Below, one piece after another: positions 1-9,115 of a DNA stretch of 63,510 bases. The notes beneath the pieces were generated by a model. It was not told the DNA's origin. It did not search any database and saw only the letters and a list, made by a program, of their open reading frames with translations. The number at the start of each line of letters is the position of its first letter. The stretch's first letter is position 1. The translations under genes were made by a program, and so were the position numbers. This DNA is from Candidatus Rokuibacteriota bacterium. GTDB lineage: Bacteria > Methylomirabilota > Methylomirabilia > Rokubacteriales > DASRDR01. The stretch covers positions 1-63,510 of the forward strand of contig JBIOTN010000089.1 of assembly GCA_044866005.1 (NCBI GenBank), given 5' to 3'.

Positions 1-37
1 GGCGGTACTTCGCGTCCAGGGTGTACTCGTGGCTCAT
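1..37 (-). CDS. N-terminus of a gene running off the window (MSHEYTLDAKYR...), resembling indolepyruvate ferredoxin oxidoreductase family N-termini
   Basis: ATG at 37 on the - strand; only 12 codons visible; 'TLDAKY' resembles the 'SLDDKY' start of fused IOR proteins. Confidence 0.35.
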   Translation of the reverse strand, partial: MSHEYTLDAKYR

Positions 38-48
38 CGGCAGGGACG

Positions 49-72
49 AAAAAAGGGGCCGCGACGGCCCCT
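49..72 (-). terminator. Rho-independent terminator after dcd-pup-zinc ribbon genes
   Basis: On the - strand GGGGCC-gtcgc-GGCCCC followed by TTTTTT. Confidence 0.7.
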
Positions 73-97
73 CACGACATGCGCGGATGGCGGGCGG

Positions 98-304
98 TCA
101 GTGGCAGCCGCACCCGCCGGCGCCGCAACCGCAGCCGCCGCCGGCCGAGGCGGCGAAGGTCGACCCGCTCTTGAAGCCGAAGAGCGACAGGGTGCGGGTC
201 ACCTCGTCACTGGCGCACCGTGGGCAAGCTACCGCCGTCTGGCCGGAGACGAGCTTCTCGAATCGCTCGTCACAGGCCCGGCAGCGATACTCGTAGATGG
301 GCAC
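98..304 (-). CDS. FmdB-family zinc ribbon protein
   Basis: MPIYEYRCxxC...CPxC motif and Gly/Cys-rich tail (GGCGCGAGGCGCH). Confidence 0.9.
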   Translation of the reverse strand: MPIYEYRCRACDERFEKLVSGQTAVACPRCASDEVTRTLSLFGFKSGSTFAASAGGGCGCGAGGCGCH

Positions 305-309
305 CGCGG

Positions 310-510
310 CTACTCACCGCCTCGCTGGACGTAACTCTTCACGAACTCCTCGGCGTTCTCCTCGAGGATGTCGTCGATCTCGTCCAGGATCTTGTCGAGC
401 TCTTCCTTGATCTTCTTCCCCTTCTTCTGCACCTCGGGGTTGGCCTTGGCCTCGTCACCCTCCGGTGGGCCCTTCGGCCGCTCCACCTTCTTCTTCTGTT
501 GTTCGGCCAT
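310..510 (-). CDS. pup: Prokaryotic ubiquitin-like protein Pup (66 aa, C-terminal GGE)
   Basis: LDKILDEIDDILEENAEEFVKSYVQRGGE matches the Pup C-terminal signature; AGGAGGA RBS before ATG at 510. Confidence 0.92.
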   Translation of the reverse strand: MAEQQKKKVERPKGPPEGDEAKANPEVQKKGKKIKEELDKILDEIDDILEENAEEFVKSYVQRGGE

Positions 511-561
511 GATTCCTCCTCGCCCGCCCCAGTCGGCGGACAACCCTCACACCGGGCGCGA

Positions 562-1113
562 CTAGACCTTCGGCAGCACGATGCCCTGTTGCGCCTGGTA
601 CTTCCCCTGTCGGTCCGCGTACGAGACGGCGCAGGTCTCGTCGGATTCGAAGAAGAGAACCTGGGCAATCCCCTCGTTCGCGTAGATCTTCGCCGGGAGC
701 GGCGTCGTGTTCGAGATCTCCAGGGTGACGAAACCCTCCCACTCCGGCTCGAACGGCGTGACGTTCGTGATGATCCCGCAGCGCGCGTAGGTGGACTTGC
801 CGACGCAGATGGTCATGACGTTGCGCGGGATCCGGAAGTACTCGACCGACCGCCCCAGCGCGAACGAGTTGGGCGGGATGATGCAGACCTCACCCTGGAG
901 GTCCACGAAGGAGCGCGGGTCGAACGCTTTGGGGTCGACCACGGTGTTGTAGACGTTGGTGAAGATCTTGAACGAGTCGGCGATGCGGATGTCATACCCG
1001 TAGGAGGAGAGCCCGAAGGAGATCGCGCCCTGACGAACCTGCCGCTCCTCGAAGGGCTCGATCATGCCCTTGTCGAGGGCCATCCGCCGGATCCACCGGT
1101 CGCTCTTGATCAT
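562..1113 (-). CDS. dcd: dCTP deaminase
   Basis: [44 protein letters not shown] motifs. Confidence 0.97.
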   Translation of the reverse strand: MIKSDRWIRRMALDKGMIEPFEERQVRQGAISFGLSSYGYDIRIADSFKIFTNVYNTVVDPKAFDPRSFVDLQGEVCIIPPNSFALGRSVEYFRIPRNVMTICVGKSTYARCGIITNVTPFEPEWEGFVTLEISNTTPLPAKIYANEGIAQVLFFESDETCAVSYADRQGKYQAQQGIVLPKV

Positions 1114-1166
1114 CGCCCTTGGCGGCCTCCCGCCCCCGGGCTCGCCCGGTCCGCAGGGTCGCGCTC

Positions 1167-1195
1167 ATCGTAGCGTCGGGCTCCATGACAGTCAA
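1167..1195 (-). promoter_or_regulatory. sigma70-type promoter for dcd-pup operon
   Basis: TTGACT-N17-TACGAT on the - strand. Confidence 0.6.
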
Positions 1196-1214
1196 GTCTT
1201 TTGACCACTGGGCG

Positions 1215-1230
1215 TGCATATTGCGTGCCT
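1215..1230 (-). promoter_or_regulatory. sigma54 (-24/-12)-like promoter upstream of dcd
   Basis: AGGCACGCAATATGCA = GG-N10-GC with GGCACG and TGCA. Confidence 0.45.
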
Positions 1231-1284
1231 CCCGGGCGCTTGTGAGGCCCGCGCGCGGGTGCTAGATTAGCCCTCGGCCCAGCG

Positions 1285-1548
1285 ATGGAACCCGCACGCG
1301 AGCCGATCTTCACACCCCGCCTGCAGCTCGGCTTCGGGCTCCTCGCCTTCGGCCTGGGCCTCATGTTCCTCTGCGGCAAGGTCCTGCCCGCGCCCGTCGC
1401 GGGCGGCATCGCCGGGGGCATCAGCCTCGCGGTCGCGGGCTTCGTGGTCGTCGTGGTGGACGCGCTCCGCGACTCGCCCGGGAACGGGAGCGCCCGCCGC
1501 GCGCCCGAGCCCGAGGAGGAGGGCTCCGACTCGCCCGGGGCGCGCTGA
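1285..1548 (+). CDS. Small two-TM membrane protein, unknown function
   Basis: Two hydrophobic segments; GC3-biased codons; upstream TGCTAGATT extended -10. Confidence 0.7.
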   Translation: MEPAREPIFTPRLQLGFGLLAFGLGLMFLCGKVLPAPVAGGIAGGISLAVAGFVVVVVDALRDSPGNGSARRAPEPEEEGSDSPGAR

Positions 1549-1687
1549 CGGCTCCGGGGCGCAGACCCCAGCGGGGGCCCCCCCGGATCACCGCGCGACG
1601 CGCGACGTCGGGGGCGGGAGGGTCTCCGACCGCTGGCGTCCGGCTCCGGAGACGCGCTGAACGGGGCGCCGGCTCGCGGCCGGCGGG

Positions 1688-2011
1688 TCAGTCGAGGTAG
1701 GCCGGGCTCCGCCGTCCTGTCCGGGTCCCTCGCTTCTGGAAGCAGTCGCGGCAGTAGACCGGTTTCCCGGCGGTCGGCTTGAACGGGACCTGCGTGTCCT
1801 TGCCGCACTCCGAGCAGACCGCGGCAAACAACGGGCGAGAGCCGCTGTCCGGAGCAATGCTCGCCCCGCCCTTCCGCGCGGTCCGGCAGTTGCGGCAGCG
1901 GGTCGGCTCGTTCTGGAAGCCCTTCTCGGCGTAGAAAGCCTGCTCGCCCGCGGAGAAGAGGAATTCCTTGCCGCAGTCACGGCACACCAACACCTTGTCC
2001 TGAAATTCCAT
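1688..2011 (-). CDS. Zinc-ribbon / CxxC-x17-CxxC domain protein (zf-trcl type)
   Basis: MEFQDKVLVCRDCGKEFLFSAGEQAFYAEKGF..PTRCRNC and CSECG..VPFKP..KPVYCRDC. Confidence 0.92.
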   Translation of the reverse strand: MEFQDKVLVCRDCGKEFLFSAGEQAFYAEKGFQNEPTRCRNCRTARKGGASIAPDSGSRPLFAAVCSECGKDTQVPFKPTAGKPVYCRDCFQKRGTRTGRRSPAYLD

Positions 2012-2245
2012 GGCCCTCACGTCTCCTCTGGCATGCTGGTCGGAGCTTGGGCGTGACGAACGGGAGCCGGTCTCACCTCCTTGAAGCGGAGCGGGGGTCG
2101 GCGCGGGCGCGAGCGGGTGATGGGGGCGGGAGCGGGACGAGGCGACAGCGGCGTCACGGACGCGAAACCGGGGAGGGTGGCTCGGACCTCAGTGTGGCGC
2201 TGGCAGTCTGTCGGCTCTGTCCAGGTGAAGCCTTGATCTGCTTCG

Positions 2246-2274
2246 ACCATAGCAGTCGCCCCAGGCAGCGTCAA
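2246..2274 (-). promoter_or_regulatory. sigma70 promoter (extended -10) driving a ~230-nt leader
   Basis: TTGACG-N17-TATGGT with TG extension. Confidence 0.65.
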
Positions 2275-3170
2275 TCGGAAAATTGCTCGATCCGTGCCCC
2301 CTGGGGGTCGGCGGCCAGGACGAGCGCGCGGCTGTCGAGACCGTCGGGCCGGACGGCCTCTTGCATGGCCTGCGCCACCGCCGTGGCGTCCCCCTCGCGC
2401 ACGACGGCGAGCACGCTGGGCCCGGCTCCGGACAGCGCCACACCCTGCGCGCCGGCCCCGTGCGCGGCCGCGAAGACGCGCCCGAGCCACGGGAAGAGCG
2501 CGCGGCCGCGATAGGGCTGATGCAGGCGGTCCGCCATCGCCACGCCGAGCAGATCCCAGCGCTCGCGGGCGAAAGCGGCGAGGAGCAGCGCGGTCCGCCC
2601 GACGTTGAACACCGTGTCCGCCCGCGAGTAGCTCAGCGGGAGCGCCGCCCGCGCCTCGGCCGTGGAGGCCTCGCGGTCGGGGATCAGCAGGGCGAAGCGC
2701 AGGCCCGCGGGGACGGGGAGCGTCACCACGCCCCGGGCCTCGTGGTCCCAGCAGGTGATCGCGAGGCTGCCGTGGAGCGCGGCCGCCAGGTTGTCGGGGT
2801 GGCCTTCCTGCTTCACCGCCAGCTCCATCACCGACGCCTGCGAGAGGACGCGGCCGACCAGGGCGTTCGCGCCGAGCATGCCCCCGAGCCACGCCGTCGC
2901 GCTGGAGCCCAGGCCGCGGCTGGGCGGGATCCGGTTCAGCTGTCGCACGCGGAGCCCGCGAAACGGCCGCCCCGCCGCCTGATAGACGAGCTGGGCGCCC
3001 CGCACCACGAGGCTCCGGCCGTCGCGCGGGAGGCGATCCGCGCCCTCGCCTTCGATCTTGACGTCGAGGGCGTCCGCCTCGGCCAGCTCGAACTCGTTGT
3101 AGAGCTGGAGCGCGAGCCCGAGCGCGTCGAACGCCGGCCCCAGATTGGCCGACGTCGCCGGAACCGTCAC
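2271..3170 (-). CDS. thrB: Homoserine kinase
   Basis: VPATSANLGP, IPPSRGLGSSA (GHMP motif), EGHPDN, LSGAGPS; homology extends a few codons upstream of the GTG (LHVRV). Confidence 0.95.
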   Translation of the reverse strand: MTVPATSANLGPAFDALGLALQLYNEFELAEADALDVKIEGEGADRLPRDGRSLVVRGAQLVYQAAGRPFRGLRVRQLNRIPPSRGLGSSATAWLGGMLGANALVGRVLSQASVMELAVKQEGHPDNLAAALHGSLAITCWDHEARGVVTLPVPAGLRFALLIPDREASTAEARAALPLSYSRADTVFNVGRTALLLAAFARERWDLLGVAMADRLHQPYRGRALFPWLGRVFAAAHGAGAQGVALSGAGPSVLAVVREGDATAVAQAMQEAVRPDGLDSRALVLAADPQGARIEQFSD

Positions 3171-3197
3171 CCGGACGTGCAGATTCGGCCGGCCGCG

Positions 3198-3240
3198 GCG
3201 GGTCCTGTCGCCGGCTTGCCCCGGTCCGGCGCCACCCGCG
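3198..3240. repeat. 43-bp dispersed repeat, copy 1
   Basis: GCGGGTCCTGTCGCCGGCTYGCCCCGGTCCGGCGCCACCCGCG; 42/43 identical to 21852-21894. Confidence 0.85.
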
Positions 3241-3276
3241 TCGGCCGCTCCATCAGAGCGGTCACGTGTGTCAGGA

Positions 3277-4005
3277 TCACAGGCGCTTGAGGAGCCACTC
3301 CGGGGTGAGGCTGACCGCGTACTGGTTGAGCACGATGAAGTAGTTGGTCAACACCAGGACGCCGACCACCACGAGCAGCACGCCGGCCGTCCGCTCGACG
3401 AGCGGGATCCACGGGCGAAACCGCCGGGCGGCCACCAGGAAGGCGCCGAGGCCGAGCGACGAGAGGAAGAACGGGAACGCGAGCCCCGCGGAGTAGGCCG
3501 CGAGGAGCGCAATGCCGGTGGTCACGGTTTCCGCCGTCCCGGCCAGCGAGAGGATCGAGCCGAGAATCGGCCCGACACACGGGGTCCAGCCGATGGCGAA
3601 GGTGACCCCCACGAGCCACGAGCCGACGAAGCCCGCCGGCTTCGAGCGGAGCTGCACCTGCCGGTAACGCCCGAGCCAGGCGAGGGGCAGCATGCCGGCG
3701 ATGTAGAGCCCGAAGACGATGATCAGGGCGCCGCCCACCCGGCGGATCAGGTCGCGATAGTCCATCAGAAGCTGGCCGAGGACGCTGAACGACGCGCCCA
3801 TGCCGATGAAGACCATGGAGAAGCCGGCGATGAAGGCGAGGGAGTGGCCGATCACCTTTCGCCGCGCCACCGTGGACCGCTGAAGCTCGTCCACCGACAT
3901 GCCGGTGATGAAGGAGAGGTAGGAGGGGAACAGCGGCAGCACGCACGGGGAGAGGAACGAGAAGACCCCCGCCGAAAACGCCACCAGGACCGACACGCTG
4001 GGCAT
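3277..4005 (-). CDS. ccdA: Cytochrome c biogenesis protein CcdA / DsbD transmembrane domain
   Basis: FLSPCVLPLFP and IGWTPCVGPILG motifs; ATG at 4005 with GGAGG. Confidence 0.93.
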   Translation of the reverse strand: MPSVSVLVAFSAGVFSFLSPCVLPLFPSYLSFITGMSVDELQRSTVARRKVIGHSLAFIAGFSMVFIGMGASFSVLGQLLMDYRDLIRRVGGALIIVFGLYIAGMLPLAWLGRYRQVQLRSKPAGFVGSWLVGVTFAIGWTPCVGPILGSILSLAGTAETVTTGIALLAAYSAGLAFPFFLSSLGLGAFLVAARRFRPWIPLVERTAGVLLVVVGVLVLTNYFIVLNQYAVSLTPEWLLKRL

Positions 4006-4076
4006 GCCTCCGCTCTCCTGCCGGCTTTGTTGTAGCAGAGGGAGCCGGCCCGCGCAACGTGGCGTCGCCCCGCCCG

Positions 4077-4565
4077 TCAGTCCCGCGGAAGCCGGGCGCG
4101 CACCCGCATGATGTGCTCCGCGAGCTCGGTGGGGGTGGCGAACTCGGGGACCGTGTCCGGGATGCTCACGTAGGAGACGACCAGGCCCGGTCGCTCGAGC
4201 TGGACGGACCGGACGTCGGGGAAGAAGAGGACCCGCCGCGTCGGCTTGGCGACGAAGCTCTCGCGCGGCATCTCGACGGTGGTCGGACGGTCGGTCTCCA
4301 GCGCGACGGCGAGCCGGACCCACTCGCGCTCGCGGGTGAACGGATCGACCGCCTCGACGCTCGCGTACCGCCAGGGCGCCGCGGGATCCGTCCGCTCGAT
4401 CCAGAGCACGACCTGGGTGCGCGCCTCGTCGGCGCCACGGACGATGCCCCAGACGATGGCCACGCCGCGCCCGGTGAAGACGGCATCGGCGCCCGGCAGC
4501 TCCTCCGCCCGCCCGCCCGCCGCGAGGCCGGCCAGGAGCAGCAGGACGATGACCAGGCTCCGCAT
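4077..4565 (-). CDS. Exported hypothetical protein at end of ABC operon
   Basis: Signal peptide MRSLVIVLLLLAGLAAGGRA; C-terminal part of the 4077-7343 ORF. Confidence 0.7.
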   Translation of the reverse strand: MRSLVIVLLLLAGLAAGGRAEELPGADAVFTGRGVAIVWGIVRGADEARTQVVLWIERTDPAAPWRYASVEAVDPFTREREWVRLAVALETDRPTTVEMPRESFVAKPTRRVLFFPDVRSVQLERPGLVVSYVSIPDTVPEFATPTELAEHIMRVRARLPRD

Positions 4566-4606
4566 CGCCCCGGCGCCCCGCCACGGCCGCGCCCGCCGCC
4601 GCGCCG

Positions 4607-5719
4607 TCACGGCCGGTCCGGGAAGAGCCGGATCAGGTCCGCGCTCAGCTCGATCGCCACCGCGTCCCCGGGCCGGAGGTCGGCCAGCGCGGGATCCGAG
4701 GTCGTCGCGCTCAGGCGCTCGCCGCCCCCGACCTCGATCGCGTACTCGCTCTTCTCGCCGAGGAACACGGCCTCGACGACCTTGCCGGGGATCCCCTCCC
4801 CCGCGCCGCCGCGGCTCAGCCCCACGGCCTCGGGGCGGACCATCGCCCGCACGTTGCCCGGGACACGCAAGGGCGGATCCGGCGCCGGCACCCGCCAGGG
4901 CCGCCCCAGGAGGTCGATCGTCACCGCCGCGCCGGACGCCCCCGTGACGGTCGCCGGGAGCAGGTTCGCGCGACCCACGAACTGGGCGGCGAAGAGGCTC
5001 TGCGGGGCGTAGTAGAGCTCGTGCGGCGACCCGACCTGCAGGAGCTGGCCGCGGTTCATGACCGCGACGGCGTCCGAGATGGCCATGGCCTCTTCCTGGT
5101 CGTGGGTGACGTAGAGCGCGGTGATCGCCAGCGTCCGCTGGAGTCGCTGGATCTCCGCCCGCATGTGGACGCGGAGCTTCGCGTCCAGGTTCGAGAGCGG
5201 CTCGTCGAAGAGGAGCACGGCCGGCTCGATGACGATGGCCCGCGCCAGTGCCACGCGTTGCTGCTCGCCCCCCGAGAGCTGGTTCGGGAGCTGCCGCTCG
5301 TAGCCCGCGAGGCCGACGAGCGCGAGCACGTCTCGGACGCGGGCGGCGATCTCCCTCGCCGGGAGCTTCTTCACGCGGAGCCCGTAGGCGGCGTTCTCGA
5401 ACACGGTCAGGTGGGGGAAGAGCGCGTAGTTCTGGAAGACGAACCCGATGTGGCGGTGGTTCGCCGCGAGGTCGGTCACGTCCCGGCCTCCGATCCAGAC
5501 CCGGCCCGCGTCCGGGGTCTCGAAGCCGGCCACCATCCGGAGGCACGTCGTCTTCCCGCACCCCGACGGCCCGAGCAGCGTCGTCAGGCTGCCGGCCGGC
5601 ACCTCCAGCGTCACGTCCGACACGGCGGCCAGCTCGCCCCGGCTGGCGTGAAGGAAGCGCTTGGAGAGCCCCTCCAGGCGGAGCGAGACCCCCCGCGCGG
5701 CGCCGCGCTCCCCGGCCAC
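4607..5719 (-). CDS. ABC transporter ATP-binding protein (Fe3+/polyamine FbpC-like, TOBE)
   Basis: GPSGCGKT, VFQNYALFPH, LSGGEQQRVALAR, DEPLSNLD. Confidence 0.95.
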   Translation of the reverse strand: MAGERGAARGVSLRLEGLSKRFLHASRGELAAVSDVTLEVPAGSLTTLLGPSGCGKTTCLRMVAGFETPDAGRVWIGGRDVTDLAANHRHIGFVFQNYALFPHLTVFENAAYGLRVKKLPAREIAARVRDVLALVGLAGYERQLPNQLSGGEQQRVALARAIVIEPAVLLFDEPLSNLDAKLRVHMRAEIQRLQRTLAITALYVTHDQEEAMAISDAVAVMNRGQLLQVGSPHELYYAPQSLFAAQFVGRANLLPATVTGASGAAVTIDLLGRPWRVPAPDPPLRVPGNVRAMVRPEAVGLSRGGAGEGIPGKVVEAVFLGEKSEYAIEVGGGERLSATTSDPALADLRPGDAVAIELSADLIRLFPDRP

Positions 5720-7414
5720 TCAGGCCTCCAGCAGGCTCGCCACCGCCCCCGCCTCCCGCGTGCGGAGCTGGCGGAGCACCCAGCCCAGGGCGAAGAGCAC
5801 GGCGTAGACCAGGACGATCACGAGCACGGCGAACGCCGACGCCGTGCCGAGCTCGAGCTCCGTGATCGCCTCGAGGATCCGGACCGTGAGCAGGGTCCAG
5901 TTGACCGAGACCAGGAAGATCGTGGCGCTGATCGCGGTCATCGACCGGACGAACACGACGGCGAGGCCGGCGAGGAAGGCCGGAAGGACCAGCGGCAGGA
6001 TGACCCGCCGAAAGGTCGTGAGCCGGTTCGCGCCGAGGCTCAGCGACGCCTCCTCGAGACCCCGGTCGATCTGCTGGAGCAGGGCGATGGTCACGCGGAT
6101 CCCCGCCGGACTGTAGCGGAAGACGTAGCAGGCCACGATGATCGCGGCCGTCCCGGTGAGGAGGAGCGGAGGCCGATTGAAGGCGAGCAGGTAGCCGATC
6201 CCCACGATCGTCCCCGGTAGGGCGTAGTTCACGAGGGCGGCGAATTCCATCCAGCGTCGCCCGCGTCCCTCGGTCCGGGCGACGAGGTAGCCGAGGGCGA
6301 CGCCGTAGAGGCCGCCGAGCGGCATCCCGACGAGCGCGATGAGGAGTGTGTCGCCGAGCGCCTTCCAGCCGGTCGTGAACACGACCCGGTAGTGCGCCGT
6401 GGTGAGCGCGTGGTTCGCCCCGAGCGCGCGCACGACCGAGGCCACGACGATGAGCCCGTAGAAGAAGAGAACGAGCAGCGCGGTGAGCGCGCACACGGCC
6501 GTCAGGGCGCTCCGCGCCGCAGGCCCGAGCGTCCGCGCCCGCCCGCGGGGGCCCGCCCGGCCCGTGACGGTGACGAAGACGCGCCGCCCGAGCCAGTAGC
6601 GCTGGAGCAGAAAGACCGCCAGCGCGGGGCCGAGCAGGACCAGCGAGAGCGCCGCCCCGCCGTGGAAGTCGTAGAGACCGGTGATCTGGAGGTAGGCCTG
6701 CGTGGGCAGCACGGGGAAGCGCTGCCCCGCGAGGATGAGCGGCGTGGCGAAGTCGGCGAGCGACGCGGCGAAGCAGAGGAGGAAGCCGTTCGCCAACCCG
6801 GGCGCCGTCAGCGGCAGCGTGACCGTGCGGAAGACGTGGCCCCGCCCTGCCCCGAGGCTCTGCGCCATGTCCTCGAGGGTCGGATCGAGCGAGGCGAGGA
6901 CCCCGCGGAGCGTGAGGTAGGCGAGCGGAAAATACGTCAGCACTTCCGACAGGAGCGTCCCCGCCAGGCCGTAGATCTGGAACCCCGCGATCCCGAAGAG
7001 GTGGTAGGTGAGGAGCCCACGCGGGCCGAGCGAGAAGATGATGGCGATGGCGGAGACGAACGGAGGCGAGATCAGAGGGAGCACGGTCACCGCGTCGAGG
7101 ACGTACGTCGCGACGCGCGGGAGCCGCGCGCGCGTCACGGCGAGCGCGAAGGCGAAGCCGAGCGCGGTGCCGAAGAGCCCCACCAGCGTCGCCAGGAAGA
7201 GGCTGTTCCAGAGCGCCTGGCGATTCGCCCAGTGCCCCACCACGGCGGCGAGAGCCGCGAGGCTCGGCCCCGCCTCGCCGTGAAACGCCTCGACGACCAC
7301 GCGCGCGAGCGGGTAGCCGACGAAGACGCCGATCAGGAGCCACAGGATCGCGGTGGCCGCAAGGATTCCCGGGTCCCGACCGGCCGCCCGCGCCGCGGTC
7401 CGCGTGCTGCGCAT
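5720..7414 (-). CDS. ABC transporter permease (FbpB/AfuB-like, duplicated)
   Basis: Two EAA-like motifs (LEDMAQSLGA, LEEASLSLGA); many TM helices. Confidence 0.93.
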   Translation of the reverse strand: MRSTRTAARAAGRDPGILAATAILWLLIGVFVGYPLARVVVEAFHGEAGPSLAALAAVVGHWANRQALWNSLFLATLVGLFGTALGFAFALAVTRARLPRVATYVLDAVTVLPLISPPFVSAIAIIFSLGPRGLLTYHLFGIAGFQIYGLAGTLLSEVLTYFPLAYLTLRGVLASLDPTLEDMAQSLGAGRGHVFRTVTLPLTAPGLANGFLLCFAASLADFATPLILAGQRFPVLPTQAYLQITGLYDFHGGAALSLVLLGPALAVFLLQRYWLGRRVFVTVTGRAGPRGRARTLGPAARSALTAVCALTALLVLFFYGLIVVASVVRALGANHALTTAHYRVVFTTGWKALGDTLLIALVGMPLGGLYGVALGYLVARTEGRGRRWMEFAALVNYALPGTIVGIGYLLAFNRPPLLLTGTAAIIVACYVFRYSPAGIRVTIALLQQIDRGLEEASLSLGANRLTTFRRVILPLVLPAFLAGLAVVFVRSMTAISATIFLVSVNWTLLTVRILEAITELELGTASAFAVLVIVLVYAVLFALGWVLRQLRTREAGAVASLLEA

Positions 7415-7431
7415 GAGGGCGCGGCGGAGCG

Positions 7432-7800
7432 CTACAACCGCTCGAGCTCGGCTACCGTGCGGTCGCCGGTCACGTTGCCCGTATTGAGCGTGCCCTTGGG
7501 CTCGAGGAGCACGACGTGGACCTCGTCGGTGAGCGCGAGCGGGCAGTGCTCCACGCCGCGCGGCACGACGATGAGCTCGCCGGGCCCGAGGTCGCGATCG
7601 CCGTCACGGAGCTGCATGCGGAGCCGGCCCGCGACGACGAGGAAAAGCTCGTCCTCGCGCTCGTGGTGGTGCCACACGAACTCGCCCTTGAGCTTGACGA
7701 CCTTCACGTGCATGTCGTTCACGTCGCCGACGATCTTCGGGGACCAGTAGTCGGCGAAGCGGCCGAACTTCTCCGCGAGGCTCACCACCTCCATGGCCAC
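7432..7800 (-). CDS. Cupin domain protein
   Basis: YWSPKIVG, GEFVWHHHEREDELF, VPRGVEHCP. Confidence 0.9.
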   Translation of the reverse strand: MAMEVVSLAEKFGRFADYWSPKIVGDVNDMHVKVVKLKGEFVWHHHEREDELFLVVAGRLRMQLRDGDRDLGPGELIVVPRGVEHCPLALTDEVHVVLLEPKGTLNTGNVTGDRTVAELERL

Positions 7801-8068
7801 GTCCGCTCTCCCAACCTCATGCCGAGCCGAGACCCGAGCAGGCCCAGGACGCAGGGAACAGCGCGCCGCAGGACGTCGCGGGGCTGGGGCCCCGCCGTCC
7901 GAGGCGCGCGAACCCGAGGACCCGGCCCGAGGCGTATGCCGGCCCCCCCGCCCAGCCCGATGAGGAGGGCCGGCGGGGGCCCCATAGGCCGGAACGGCCG
8001 CGAGGCCGCAGGCCGAGCGCGTTCCGGCCGTGATGCGGGACGCCGGGATGCGAAGGGTATCGGGTCGG

Positions 8069-9082
8069 CTACGGCCGGAGCACCTCGTTCACCCACCGCT
8101 CCACCATTCGCTTGCGGTTCTCGCCCGCCCAGGCCTCGTCGATCGCGATGACCTTCGCCTCCTTGAGGAGCGCCGCGAGCCCCGCCTCGGTCTTGACGTC
8201 CGGGTGGGCCGGCACGAAGTTGATCTTCCGCTGGGCGTAGAGGTTCTGCATCGCCGGGGTCACCGCCCACTCGATCAGCTTCTTGCCGAGCTCGGGGTTC
8301 CTGGCCCCTTTGACGAGCGCGATGGCCTCCACCGCCGACCCGATTCCCTCGCTGGGGAACGAGATGACGACGTCGTAGCCTTCCTGCTTGGTCTTCAACG
8401 CGTCCACGATGAAGAAGATGCCGCCGGCCGCCTGGCCGAGCCCCACCGGCAGGGTGCCGCCCCCGCCCGACTTGGTGTAGACCTGCACCTGCTCCCGCAG
8501 CTTCTTCATGTACTCGAAGGCGCGGTCCTCGTTCCGACCGTGGACCTCCAGGATGGAGAAGATCCGCGTGACCGCGGTCCCCGAGGTCCGGGCGTCGGCC
8601 ATCTGGAGCTGGCCCCTGAAGGCGGGATGGAGGAGGTCCTGCCACGAGCCCGGAGGCGGCAGGTTCCGCTCCTTGAGGAGCTTGGCGTTGAACATGAAGA
8701 CCAGCGGGTCATCGGCGATCCCGAGCCAGCGGTACTGCGGATCCTTGAAGCGCGCCGGCAGGCGGTCCGCCTCCGACGGCTTGTACGGCTCGAACAGCCC
8801 GGCCTGCGCGCCGGCCACGTGCGTGTCGGCGGGCCCGCCGAAGAGGACGTCCACGCGCGGGTTGTCCTTCTCCGCACGCACGCGCGCCAGCGCCTCGCCG
8901 GACGAGAAGCGGACGAAGTTCACCTTGATCCCGGTCGCCTTCGTGAACTCCTCGAAGACCGGGACGGCCCACGACTCGGGCCAGATGGAGTAGGCGTTGA
9001 GCGTCTGCTGCGCGCGCGCGTCGGCGGCGACGCCCAGCAGGGCCCCCCATACCAGGGCGGTCAGGACGAGGACGAGTCGCAT
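8069..9082 (-). CDS. ABC substrate-binding protein (AfuA/FbpA-like)
   Basis: Signal peptide, FSSGEALARV, DVLFGGP, ADARTSGTA. Confidence 0.92.
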   Translation of the reverse strand: MRLVLVLTALVWGALLGVAADARAQQTLNAYSIWPESWAVPVFEEFTKATGIKVNFVRFSSGEALARVRAEKDNPRVDVLFGGPADTHVAGAQAGLFEPYKPSEADRLPARFKDPQYRWLGIADDPLVFMFNAKLLKERNLPPPGSWQDLLHPAFRGQLQMADARTSGTAVTRIFSILEVHGRNEDRAFEYMKKLREQVQVYTKSGGGGTLPVGLGQAAGGIFFIVDALKTKQEGYDVVISFPSEGIGSAVEAIALVKGARNPELGKKLIEWAVTPAMQNLYAQRKINFVPAHPDVKTEAGLAALLKEAKVIAIDEAWAGENRKRMVERWVNEVLRP

Positions 9083-9115
9083 GGTTCCTCCGTCGGCGGG
9101 CGCACCGTCGGCGCC

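Noticed and set aside
98..100. TGA after the Cys-rich tail of the FmdB protein as possible Sec
   Set aside because: Follows His at a normal family end; the downstream hairpin has a U-tract and behaves as a terminator
2073..2082. TCACCTCCTT as a 16S rRNA 3' end fragment
   Set aside because: No other rRNA sequence in the flanks; reinterpreted as an SD-like element on the - strand
7801..8068. Possible decayed membrane-protein gene remnant on the - strand (LLIGLGGGAGIRLG...VLGLLG)
   Set aside because: Too degenerate to assign without a search
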